A stretch of DNA of 64,000 bases from positions 26,412,001-26,476,000 of the forward strand of contig NC_043006.1 of NCBI RefSeq assembly GCF_006345805.1. The letters run 5' to 3'. Within the stretch, counting starts at the first letter, position 1; each line of letters starts with the position of its first letter. The notes beneath the pieces are model-generated. The model saw only the letters and a program-made list of their open reading frames with translations, was not told where the DNA came from and made no database searches. The stretch comes from Octopus sinensis. Lineage: Eukaryota. Position numbers and translations under genes: made by a program. Below, piece after piece: positions 1 through 12,666 of this stretch.

Positions 1-691
1 CAAAGTAATGAATATAATCACAGACTGAGCTATGGTTCTTAGTAAAAAATTATTAACAAAGGCAAAGTTTGACCTTAGCAACACAGACCAGTCATTACCT
101 ATGTGCAATGATAGCCTATGTGGTTTAAAGTTCTTTTACTACAGCTACTCCAACCACCACTGCTACTACAACAATGACAACAATAATAAAGGTGATGATA
201 ATTATAATGAGGATAATTGAAATGTAAAAATGCCTGAGAAATATTGTTTACAACATTTTTAAAAATAGCCAAACAATAACTGCTTTGGCCAGGGTCAAAA
301 TACAGGTCTTCTGACATGTTCAGCAAACTGTGATGCCTAAACCAAGCACCAATCAACTTAAGTAATTTAGTAAAGCGAAACACTGATTGCTCAGAATACA
401 ATTTGCAAAACTTAACATTCTGGGGTTTATATAAATGTGATAACGTCATGCATTTTAGCCATCTCACTACAGTTGTAAATTGAAAAAAAAACATAACTGT
501 CACCACTACTATATAAACCTGAAGATTGCATAGTTTAATGCATGAAAGTACTAGTTCAATCATAATGGATAGTTAATATTCTATCATTTCATTATATTAT
601 ATTATCGTATATTATTATAAGATTGTAAATAAAACATGAAAATCAAAGCTGAAATTTCTTTGATTCTATACACAATCATACATCTACATCT

Positions 692-825
692 ACATCATCA
701 TCGTTTAACATTCGTTTTCCATGCTAGCATGGGTTGGATGCTTCGGCCGGGGTCTAGGAAGCCAGGAGGCTGCACCAGGCTCCAGTCTGATCTGGCAGTG
801 TTTCTACAGCTGGATGCCCTTCTTA
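692..825 (-). mobile_element. SINE with RTE-type (GAT)n tail, partial (family C)
   Basis: Contains the reverse complement of aagggcatccagctgtagaaa...catggaaaacgaatgttaaacgatgatg, shared with many copies in the window. Confidence 0.75.
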
Positions 826-829
826 TATC

Positions 830-1200
830 AAATTGTTGGCCCATTTCGTGTATAAGGGAATTTGATTCCACTGCCCTCATCTGTACTTCATATCGAGCTG
901 TTGGTTCAACCAGTATTGTGGAGAGGATGATCTCTAGTTCCTTTTTGAAGACATCTACTTCCACCTTATACAGATATCTTAATTTTTATGGCAGGGAATT
1001 GAAGAGCTGTGTTCCTGCTCGGTGTGCGGGTACAGAACCGATGAGCTCTTCTCTTCCTTAAGTTCCCTCCAATGCTCATTTACCCATCCTCCTATGCTCT
1101 GTGCTGTTTCCCCAACGTACATCGTTGTCTTGTTACTGCACCATCCCTCTGTACATCTTATACTATAGACTACATTCCTGGCTTTACAGTTTGAGGGCTA
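830..1200 (-). mobile_element. CR1/L2-type LINE 3' remnant
   Basis: Minus-strand QLFNSLP*KLRYLYKVEVDVFKKELEIILSTI resembles the C-terminus of CR1/L2 ORF2. Confidence 0.55.
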
Positions 1201-2876
1201 CACCTACATACAGTATAGTTCCTATCAGTACAGGCGGTTCTACTGATTTGGGATTTGATAGGGTTGCCTGGCCTTAATTCTTAGCTTAAGTTTGTCTAGG
1301 GCTCTTCTAAAGTGGTACACCAATTTGTCTCTTGTGGTGGTGTCAACAAACATGTATAAAATTATATTTTGCATATAAGTTGATCTACCTGATTAAATGC
1401 ATGTTAAGTCTTATAATACACTCCAATTAGTTTATGAAAATTAAGAGCTTTTTGTAAATCTCATATTATATCCCCTTAACTGTTTTGCACAGTGATATAT
1501 GACTCAAGTTTATATATATATATATAATAGAATGATGTATTTTATTTCTGATATATAATTAAGCTTATATCTTAATTAGTCTTATTAGTTCGTATATAAT
1601 AACTAGTATATGATACATCTACTTATGTACGAACTATATAGTTATGTTTATCCCCCTAATTAAGAGTGGTAGAATCCCTGTATATATGTAGATATATCTC
1701 TTTTTTAATCTTGATTTTTCATTAACTTCATTATTTATCCTCGATTGTTTTTATTTTTATTTATTTATTTTATATTATATTTATATTTTATTTAGTACTA
1801 CAATGTGCCAAATTAATAGCATATTGAGCTGATTCCTAATTCACTGCTTAAATACACAAATATATTATTACCTCTGATTACATTTTCAGATATGCCCTCA
1901 TTTAAATTTGTTCTGACTTTGCTGCCTTTATATATATATTTTCCCCTACATCCCTGCTATACATGAAAGCATTTTACATAATTCATTGTCATTTATTTTA
2001 TTTTCAATTTATTTATATATAAGTATTTCCTCTTACATAATGTCTATTTTATTAATAATTCCTTTATCTCCTTAAGCATGTTTCATAGAATATTTACTTC
2101 CGGTTTCTCAAACAGAATGCTATATGTCTGAAATTTAAAAACTTTTTTCCTATCCAATAGTTTATTTTATCATTATTGTTTTTTTACCTTAAAGGCTTGA
2201 AATAAATTTTCTTGAGGAATGTAAGGTTATATTATGTATTTTGATATTCTCTCTTTCCATCTTATTCTAGACTTGCTATTTATTTATTTAAATTAAATTT
2301 TATTTCATTATTATCATAAACATAAACAATAAGTTATTATTATTATTATATTTAGAAATTATTTATCCCTTTCTGATAACTTTGGTTAACATGCAACTGC
2401 CATGGTTTGCTTCAACTTGACATAAATTTTATAACTTTAAATTTTTTGTATTGCAGTATTATAGATAAGTATGATATTATATGGTATTAATATATATTTA
2501 TATATACATGCATTTTTCTTTTTCTTTTCCTTTTTCTCCTCCTCAATACCCTATGATATTGAGGCCTTCTATAACTGGCTCTTTTTGTATATATGCTATC
2601 AGTTAACAGTTTATAGCCATTATGTTAACATGTATTTCTAATCAGCATATCTTTACTACCTCTGAAGAGGTTTATTTTATAATGATTTTAATTTTATAAA
2701 TTAATTATCTAAAGATTACGTCTCTCTTGCACACTACAACTGATGCTTTTTAGGTCCAGCTTTTCTCTCAACTATTTCTAGTTTTTCTTCCTGGAATGTG
2801 ACAGAAGCTGGTCTCTGAGCATTTTCAGTGTTTATTGCTCCTGAGCATCTGCCGCATACAAAAACTATCTTCCATG

Positions 2877-3865
2877 TTAGAGATTGCCAGAAATTGCGGT
2901 AGATTGCCTGAAATTGCCGGAAATTACTGGAGATTGCCAGAAATTGCTGTAGATTGCCGGACAATCTACCTGCTGTAGATTACTGGAAATTACTGGAGAT
3001 TGCCGGAAATTATTCCAAAACTTTTTGGGGAAAATTTTCAAATATTTTGGGGAAAAATTTTCAATAATTTTTAGGGAGGATTTTTCGGGAAACTTTTCAA
3101 AAGTTTTGAGGGAAATTTTCAAAAATTTTTGAGGAAAATTTTCAATCGACAGGAGATTGCCTGGAAATCGCCAGGAGATTGTCCGGAAATCGCCAGTAGA
3201 TTGCCCGGAAATTACCCGGAAATCGCCAGGAGATTGCCTGGAAATCACCCGGAGATTGCCTGGAAATCGCCCGGCGATTGCCTAGAAATCGCCCGAGATT
3301 GCCCGGAAATTTTTTTTTATTTTTGTGGAAAATTTTTTTTAAAATTTTTTTGGAAAATTTTCAATAAATTTTTCGGAAAATTTTCAAAAAAGTTTCAGGA
3401 AAAAGTTTCAGGAAATTTTCAAAAAAGTTTCAGGAAAAATTTTCAAAAATTTTTAGGGAAAATTTCAAGTTTTTGAGGAAAATTTTCAAAAAATTTTTGA
3501 GGGAAATTTTCAAATTATTTTGGGGGAAAATTTTCAAACATCTTTGAGGAAAATTTTCAAAAATATTTGGGAAAAATTTTCAAAAAATTTTGAAATATTT
3601 TTAGGAAAAATTTTTCAAAAAAAGATTGCCGGGCAATGGCAATCACCCGGAAATCGCACGTAGATTGACTGAAAATCGCCAGGAGATTGCCCAGAAATCA
3701 CCCGTAGATTGCCCGGAAATCGCCAGAGATTGCCTGGAAATCACCGGAGATAGCTGGAAATCGCTGAAATCACGGAGATTACTGGAAATTGCCGAAATCG
3801 CGTAAGATAGCTGGAAATTGCTGAAATCACCGGAGATCGTCAAAATCGATGGAGATAGCCGGAAA
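2877..3865. repeat. Compound minisatellite of alternating GC-rich and AT-rich ~21-23-bp units
   Basis: Blocks of ggaaatcgccaggagattgcc(t) alternate with blocks of ggaaaattttcaaaaatttttga. Confidence 0.85.
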
Positions 3866-4176
3866 TATATATGTATATAATCGCTCATATTAAATATATA
3901 AATACTCTAATAGTATTGATACTTTGACACAATTAAGCACTCAATATAAATTCAGTTTATAAGCTTTTGGTGCTTCTCCATTGCCTCTTCATTGAACTGG
4001 ATTTCAAGTGCCTGATTCTTTTAAATACTTGGAAGGCGGTGATTTGTTACTGCAATGTGACACAGGCAGTTGTAATGAAAAGAGGATTTTAATCTTTGCC
4101 TCTAAGGAAGGTCTTCAACAACTGGAAAACACCACATTTTTAGGAATGGATGGCATATTCAAATTATCACCAAGTT

Positions 4177-4563
4177 ATAGGTGCAGGAGTGGCTGTGTGG
4201 TAAGTAGCTTGCTTACTAACCACATGGTTCCGGGTTCAGTCCCACTGCGTGGCACCTTGGGCAAGTGTCTTCTACTATAGCCTCGGGCTGACCAAAGCCT
4301 TATGAATGGATTTGGTAGACGGAAACTGAAAGAAGCCCATCATATATATGTATATGCATATATATGTGTGTGTGTTTGTCCCCCTAACATCGCTTGACAA
4401 CCGATGGTGGTGTGTTTACATCCCCTTAACTTAGTGGTTCAGCAAAAGAGACCGATAGAATAAGTACTAGGCTTACAAAGAATAAGTCCTGGGGTCAATT
4501 TCCTCGACGAAAGGCGGTGCTCCAGAATGGCTGCAGTCAAATGACTGAAACAAGTAAAAGAGT
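4177..4563 (+). mobile_element. tRNA-derived SINE (family A) inserted in the MULE transposase
   Basis: A/B-box-like head (tggctgtgtggt...ggttcagtccc), internal microsatellite, aaaagagt tail; 5-bp TSD aagtt at 4172-4176 and 4564-4568. Confidence 0.9.
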
Positions 4564-5030
4564 AAGTTTATGGTATCAGCTTTTCACCATTCATGCTATC
4601 ATAAATAGTAGATCTTATCCTCAAGCTTTCATTCTACTGCTAGACAAAACACAAGCAACATATGACAAGACTTTTCTTGGAATAAAAAAAATTATGGCCC
4701 AATATTAACCATCGTCAAGTACTGATTGACTTTGAACAGGCAATTTGTAACAGCTGTGACCATAACTTTACTGGAAGCACCAGCATAGGTTGTTTATTTC
4801 ATTTTTTCCAGACAGTTTATAGGAAATTATGGCAACTTGGATATAAGTTCAATATAGTACTGATGGTTCTTTTGCCACTAAAATAAAAATGTTCTGCACA
4901 CTGGCATTTTTACCACCAGAAGAAGTAATTGATAGTTATGAAGATCTCTGTGAGGAAAATGAATTCCAATAGATTTTATAAGCTATTTCGAGCTGACATA
5001 CATTGGGCCAAAGAGAGGAAGAAGAGGCTG

Positions 5031-5454
5031 ACAGGAAAAGCCCTTGCATCCAGTTAACTTTTGGAATGTTTACAGTTGAGTAATTCAGGAATTGCCTCGG
5101 ACAAGAAAAGCCCTTGTATCCAGTTAATTTTTGGAATGTTTACAGTTGAGTAATTCAGGAATTGCCTCGGACAAAAAAAGCCCTTGTATCCAGTTAATTT
5201 TTGGAATGTTTACAGTTGAGTAATTCAGGAATTGCCTCAGACAAGAAAAGCCCTTGTATCCAGTTAATTTTTGGAATGTTTACAGTTGAGTAATTCAGGA
5301 ATTGCCTCGGACAAAAAAAGCCCTCGTATCCAGTTAATTTTTGGAATGTTTACAGTTGAGTAATTCAGGAATTGCCTCAGACAAGAAAAGCCCTTGTATC
5401 CAGTTAATTTTTGGAATGTTTACAGTTGAGTAATTCAGGAATTGCCTCGGACAA
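5031..5454 (+). repeat. 70-bp tandem repeat x6 inside the MULE transposase
   Basis: The ccct... motif recurs at 5041, 5111, 5181, 5251, 5321 and 5391. Confidence 0.95.
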
Positions 5455-6231
5455 ACAATGCTCTTGAGGGGTTTCACTCAGCATTGCGCACATTAATAAC
5501 AAGCACCCAAACATCTGGAAGCTTATTGATTTTCTTCAAAAAGAAGAATCCCTTACAGAGACCAAAATAATTCATGCTTGAAGAGGAGATAATCCACAGA
5601 AAAAAGATAAAATACCAGTCAATAGATACGCAGATAAAAAAAAATCTTGTGCAGTCTTATGATAGTAACGATAAATTAACTTTCCTAAAGCCAACTGCTC
5701 ATCCATTAAATTCTTTGGTTTAATTTTCAGGGACAGAATGTCCTCAGACCTATTTTCCTAATTTTTTGTTTAATATGCTTGATAAAAGGAAATATCATAT
5801 ATGTATTTTTGATGGTTTAAACATGGGTTACCCTTATTTTTCTGCTGGTTTATACATGTGATTTTTATATTTTTATTAATAAAATTATTATTCTATTTTG
5901 TTTTTTATTTATACTGATTTGTTAAATCAATGTTTACATGAGAAGTATATTGATAATGTCTGGGATAAATATTTTTGGGGACTGAATTTTCCGAGACCGA
6001 ATTTTCTTGGATCCAATTTTCCTAATTTCTTGTGTAATATGTCTGATAAAAGGTAATATTATAAATGTACTTTTTGCTGTTTTATACATTAGTTTATTTT
6101 TTCAATAAAATTACTCTCCTATTTAGTTATGTATTTTTTTATTTGTTTCATTAATCTTTTCATGGGTATTTTACTGATAATTTCTGGGACCGAATTTTCC
6201 GGTCAACCTATTTATAAATATATTGTGCGTG

Positions 6232-7730
<1,499 letters not shown>

Positions 7731-7772
7731 TAATTACTGTGAAGCACTGTGTAGAATATATTGTAATCATGG

Positions 7773-7943
7773 GTAAGGCCAAAACAATACAAAGTAAATG
7801 CAAGGTAAATCACAAGAAAACAAATATGTGAACTAATGGGGTCATAACACTGAAATATTGAATACAAGGTAAGTCTACATTAATTCACATATTTGTTTTC
7901 TAGTGATTTACCATGCATTTACTTTGCAATGTTTTGGCCTTAC
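7773..7943. repeat. Palindromic element (~60-bp inverted arms) near (TA)n
   Basis: gtaaggccaaaaca...aaatatgtgaa versus ttcacatattt...tgttttggccttac. Confidence 0.7.
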
Positions 7944-7987
7944 TCACAATCTTTTATACAATATTTATATATATAATATCACACACA

Positions 7988-8545
7988 TATCATCATCATC
8001 ATCATTTAATGTCAGTTGTCCATGCTGGAAAGCTGCACCAGACTCCAGTCTGATTTGGCATGGTTTTCTACAGCTGGATGCCCTTCCGAACAACAACCGC
8101 TCTAAGAGTGCAATGTGTGCGTTTATGTTCCACAGGCATGGGTGCCATTTTTGCATGACACTGGTATCTGCCATGACTGCAATTTTGTTCAGCTTGATGG
8201 GTCTTCTTCTCAAGCATGACATAGCAATGAAGGTCTTGATCATTGCCTCCATGAGGCCCAACACTCAAAAGGAACTCAGCCATTTTGCTTCCATGAGTGC
8301 ACTTAGCTTGACAGGCCCTATTAAGCACAGCACATCACCAAAGGTCTCGGTCACCAGTCATTGCCTCTGAGAGGCTCAAAGTTCGAAGGTCATGCTTCAC
8401 CACCTTGTCCCATGTCTTCCTGGGTCTACCTCTACCACAGGTTCTCTCCACAGTTGGAAATCGGCACTTATTTATACAGCTGTCCTCATCTATATGCATC
8501 ACATAACCATACCAGTGCAGTCGTCTTTCTTGCACACCACATCAT
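7988..8545 (-). mobile_element. Family C SINE tail plus RTE LINE 3' end
   Basis: QERRLHWYGYVMH...GRGRPRKTW (RTE ORF C-terminus); (CAT)n tail. Confidence 0.75.
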
Positions 8546-8557
8546 ATTATATATATA

Positions 8558-8893
8558 TTCTTTTATTTCTTTCAGTCATTTGACTGTGTCCATGATGGAG
8601 CACCACCTTTAGTCAAACAAAATGACCCCAGGACTTATTGTTTGTAAGCCTAGTACTTAACCTATTGGTCCGTTTTGCAGAACTGCTAAGTTATGGGGCT
8701 GTGAACACACCAACATCGGTTGTCAAATGATGGTTGGGGGACAAACACAGACACACAAACACACACATATATATGACGTCTTTGGTTGGCCCAAGGCTAT
8801 AGGAGAAGACACTTGCCCAAGGTGCCATGCAGTGGGACTGAACCCAGAACCATGTGGTTGGTAAGCAAGCTACTTACCACACAGCCACTCCTA
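8558..8893 (-). mobile_element. tRNA-derived SINE (family A)
   Basis: Reverse complement of the 4177-4563 element. Confidence 0.85.
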
Positions 8894-9088
8894 TTTATAT
8901 ATATCAGCTGCCATGATTGACTGCTAGCCACTAAAGTTTTATTATCCTCTCTGTTTATTTCCTTGTGTTCCTTTCTGTTGAAGAGTGTAGGCTTGAAACA
9001 TAAAAGACTTTCTCACCTTCCTGAGTGTTAAACTAATACACCTGTCTTCATCTTTTGTTTTTCTGTAAATTCCAACTATATATATATA

Positions 9089-9391
9089 AATTAACAGAAT
9101 GAGAAAGAAAACCAAGGCTGTGAAAGATTTCAGAACATTTATAAAGAGAAGGTCTTACAGCTGTTTCTGGGATATTTTATTTATCCCTTCATCGAAGACG
9201 GTGCTGTTTTCATTCCTCCTCTTCACTCTCTATTTCGTATCTTCTCTAGAATAACTATTGCTTAACCTTTTTCTTGTACCATCTCCAATGAAGGGATATA
9301 TAAAATATCCCGGAAATAGCTGTAAGACCTTCTCTTTATAAATGTTCTGAAATCTTTCACAGCCTTGAATTTTTATCTCATTTTGTTAATT
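9089..9391. mobile_element. Palindromic Penelope-like pLTR remnant with a degenerate hammerhead in each arm
   Basis: ~110-bp inverted arms; motifs at 9152-9199 (-) and 9281-9328 (+) with GGGATA/TATCCC stem II and GAAA(C/T)AGCTGTA. Confidence 0.6.
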
Positions 9392-9498
9392 TTTCATATA
9401 TATGCATGTTAATATATGTCCTATGTTGGACTCCTCATTTGCATAATCACCGAACCTGGAGCTTAACTACATTTATATACATATAAATATATATAAAT

Positions 9499-10174
9499 AT
9501 GTATAAAATTATAATTTAGGGTATCTAAGCAATACCACCACGCTGGAAATAGCAGCCAAAACTTGACTCTAAAACTATATTAAATGTTTATACAGCACCA
9601 GGAGAGAAGGCAAAAAGACAAAATAAACTAGCAAAAAATTACTGTATAATTCCAGACCCCAGATTTCTGGCTCTGCATAAGAAATGTTTTGCCTCATCAG
9701 TGGAATATACACAGATAGAACATAAATACAAATATATATATATATAACATATGAATACTTACATATATGAAGGTATACATACATACATACGTATACATAC
9801 ATAGACGTATGCACATGACCAGATTAAATTGCCTGCCTAAAACTCCTCGTGCGATATGATCAAAAATATCACCACAGTGAATACAATGAAATAAATTTAT
9901 ATAAATAAGGATAAGATCGTTATTTAAATATCGATCTTATCATGTGGCCAACATGGGAATAAAAACCTTCAAAGGTAATAATTACTTGTCTTCTCTCCTA
10001 TTGTTGTATGAACATTTAATGTGGTTTTAGAGTCAAGTTTTGGCTGCTATTTCCAGTGTGGTGGTATCTCTTAGATACCCTAAATTATGATTTTAAATAA
10101 TAATTATTACCTTTCAAGGTTTTTATTCCCATGCTAGCCACTTGATAAGATCGATATTTAAATAATGATCTTAT

Positions 10175-10180
<6 letters not shown>
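9499..10180. mobile_element. Element with two interleaved inverted-repeat pairs (probable Penelope-like derivative)
   Basis: ~9503-9575 inverts ~10024-10093; ~9904-9985 inverts ~10100-10180; hammerhead-like motif inside; ends in (TA)n. Confidence 0.5.
9649..9706 (-). ncRNA. Near-intact hammerhead motif
   Basis: AUUCCA-CUGAUGA-GGC...GCC-a-GAAA-ucuggg-GUC-UGGAAU; stem I AUUCCA/UGGAAU; one extra base before GAAA and a weak stem III. Confidence 0.55.
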
Positions 10181-10214
<34 letters not shown>

Positions 10215-10220
<6 letters not shown>

Positions 10221-10647
10221 GTTGTATACTGTCAATCTAACAAGAACGTGACAGTAGGGGGTACACCACTGCTGTATAGCCCTAGGAAGCATCGAACGCC
10301 TCCTGATGGCTTTGACACATTTTTCCCTGTGTCCTTATATACATTTACGAAGGGGAGACAAACACCCCCGGCTGCCGAAGCTGCATCTAGGGACACGTGT
10401 TTCAGGATCGTTGTCCTTCATCAGCCTAGAGTAGCAGACACCGGTCAGCTGGTGATATTTGTCTCGACTTCGCAATTGTATATATCTATAATTCAGTGAA
10501 GTCTATTCACTGATTACCAAAATAAGAAATATTGAATTTCTAAATCTCTCATAGAGACATGTATGGTGGTGGGGCGAAAGAATGGTTGTATACTGTCAAT
10601 CTAACAAGAACGTGACAGTAGGGGGTACACCACCACTGTATAGGCCT
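10215..10647 (-). mobile_element. Non-autonomous Penelope-like / retrozyme-like unit with terminal direct repeat
   Basis: ~68-bp direct repeat at 10215 and 10579 (period 364 nt), hammerhead inside, (TA)n flanks. Confidence 0.65.
10381..10437 (-). ncRNA. Minimal type I hammerhead ribozyme (intact)
   Basis: Minus strand reads UCUAGG-CUGAUGA-AGGA(caacga)UCCU-GAAA-CACGU-GUC-CCUAGA: stem I UCUAGG/CCUAGA (extendable by CUGC/GCAG), full core, stem II AGGA/UCCU, palindromic stem III ACACGUGU, GUC cleavage triplet. Confidence 0.85.
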
Positions 10648-10699
10648 ATATATAAATATAGGTGAGAGAGTTGGTGTGTGAAAGCACGTGGTTGGATGT

Positions 10700-11754
10700 A
10701 TAAAGAATAAAAAAGAGTGAAAAAACTACAAAAGGCTTGTGTTATAAGGTCAAAGAATATATTTAATTCGTTATGTTAGAAAAATGTTATAAAATTTTGT
10801 GTATAGTAACATAGTTTTTGGAGAAATAACCGGTTTTGTATATTCTTTTCAAATTTCTCAAATTTCTTTACCCACTTCGTGTCATGTCTTCCTTATGAAG
10901 TGAAGAGTTCCAGGTAGGGGAAGGTAATCAGGGATTTCTTCCAGTATAAGGAAGATAATCGCTTTAAATTTTTTTATTTTTTTCAATGAGATGCGTTTCC
11001 TTGTATAAAAATGTTAGAATGGTTAAGTTTTGGTTTATATTTTTCAATGAAGAATGTTTCCTTGTTTAATCTAATTTGTGTTGGTGTTCCAATAGCACAT
11101 TGATAGAATGGAACGATTGAAAATTGTGGTAGTAGTTGCTTTGCGCATTTCTCAATATGTTCACTAAAGGGTATCATTCTGTATTCTGGGAATGCAATCT
11201 ATTGTCGATGCAGAGTGCATGTGCTCCTGAGTGATAATCCCATGGACCCTACGTAGTTTTGGTGGCAGCTCGAGCATCTTATGACATAAACTATGTTTTC
11301 TGAAGCACAAATAAAATTAGATTTGATCTTGAATTTTTGTCCCTCTTTGAAGAGGAATTCTGATCCTCACTAAAAAAGGTCCTCACAAAGGCAAAATTGT
11401 TTACTGAAATAACGGATGCAAAAGTAAAAAAATGTGGTAGACCAAACTGTGCAACATGCCCAAAACTTCTAGAAGGATCAGAATTTGTCTTCAAAGAGGA
11501 ACAAAAATGTGCAAAGCAACTACTACCACAATTTTTAATCTTTCCATTCTATCAATGTGCTATTGGAACACCAACACAAACATGACACGATGTAGGTAAA
11601 TAAATTTGAGAAATTTGAAAAGTATATATGAAACCGGTAATTTCTACAAAAACTATGTTACTATACACAAAATTTTATAACATTTTTCTAACATAACGAC
11701 TTAAATATATTCTTTAACCTTATAACACAAGCCTTCTGTAGTTTTTTCACTCTT

Positions 11755-11760
<6 letters not shown>
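10700..11760. mobile_element. Penelope-like retroelement remnant (GIY-YIG endonuclease) with long inverted termini
   Basis: Minus: YVIRCSSCHQNYVG...PFSEH...RLNKETFFIEKYKPKLN (GIY-YIG). Plus: CGRPNCATC Cys linker. ~10705-10885 inverts ~11581-11760. Confidence 0.75.
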
Positions 11761-11802
<42 letters not shown>

Positions 11803-11849
11803 ATATATATCATTAATTAAATATATTCTGTTAGAAAAAAGCACTCATG

Positions 11850-12050
11850 CTGGTGCCAGGTAAAAGCACTTGTGCAGTGCCAAGTCAAAAGCACCCAGCA
11901 CACATTGTAAAGTGGTTGGTGTTAGGAAGAGCATCCAGCCATAGAAACCAAGCCAAATCAAACTGGAATCTTGTGCAGCTCTCCTGCTCCGGTCATATCA
12001 TGCAACCCATGCCAGCATGGGAAACAGATATTAAAGGCTGATGATGATAT
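11850..12050 (+). mobile_element. SINE family C
   Basis: ttaggaagagcatccagcc...catgggaaacagatattaaagg-(gat)n. Confidence 0.7.
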
Positions 12051-12347
12051 ATATATCATATATATAATATATATATACATATAATGTGCGCACACGCTCG
12101 AGTGCGCATGTGTGTGTATGATTATTAGGAAAACTATTTCCTCCAATGCATAAACTTCACTTTGAAGTGCTCAGAATGTTAAACCTGGAGCATTAGAATA
12201 AAGCAGAAGTAAGAATCAAAGTTAGGCAAATCAAGTTCACATATAAAGTTATATTCATTCAGCCATAGACCCACCATGTATGAATTTCTCAGAAAGTATA
12301 TTCAATATATCAAACATATTAAAAATATACATATCAAAATACATATC

Positions 12348-12385
<38 letters not shown>

Positions 12386-12635
12386 ATCAAAATATATAAA
12401 TAAATAGATATATTCATTAAAAATATATGTAAAAAATAAATACATATATAGGTTGACTTACAGATTTAAAACAAAGTCATAAGAAGAGTTAAGAGTTCAA
12501 GCCCCCAGAAATGGCCATAGGATTATTAACAGGATTAGCAACACCCAATTAAAATAGCTGGAAGGGACTATGTTTGATTTTTGCAGATAATAAATTTTTA
12601 TTAAATGCTATATCTCCATTTTCGTATTTTCTTTG

Positions 12636-12664
<29 letters not shown>

Positions 12665-12666
<2 letters not shown>

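Larger units (their letters stand above)
3930..6208 (+). mobile_element. Decayed MULE (Mutator-like) DNA transposon
   Basis: Fragments RILIFAS...MDGIFKLSPS-LWYQLFTIH, IDFEQA, GCLFHF, LAFLPP, YFELTYIG, PRTNNALEGFH with stops and frameshifts; ggaccgaattttcc subterminal repeats near 5975-6208. Confidence 0.85.

Noticed and set aside
99-563. 154-aa minus-strand ORF as a host gene exon
   Set aside because: No recognisable domain, ends in low-complexity triplet repeats, and no partner exons could be linked.
2655-2720. Hammerhead starting at CTGAAGA
   Set aside because: No matching GAAA-stem III-NUH half; truncated.
2877-3888. ORFs of 76-123 aa over the compound minisatellite
   Set aside because: Open frames arise from the repeat structure.
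4177-4260. tRNA genes at SINE heads
   Set aside because: Only A/B-box-like motifs are present, with no full cloverleaf, and they are attached to SINE bodies.
5031-5454. CRISPR-like array
   Set aside because: Units are contiguous near-identical copies without unique spacers, lie inside a transposase, and the DNA is eukaryotic.
12461-12560. Minus-strand exon with a good gtaagt donor
   Set aside because: Stops in all three frames and overlaps a repeat shared with the 13340-13400 region.
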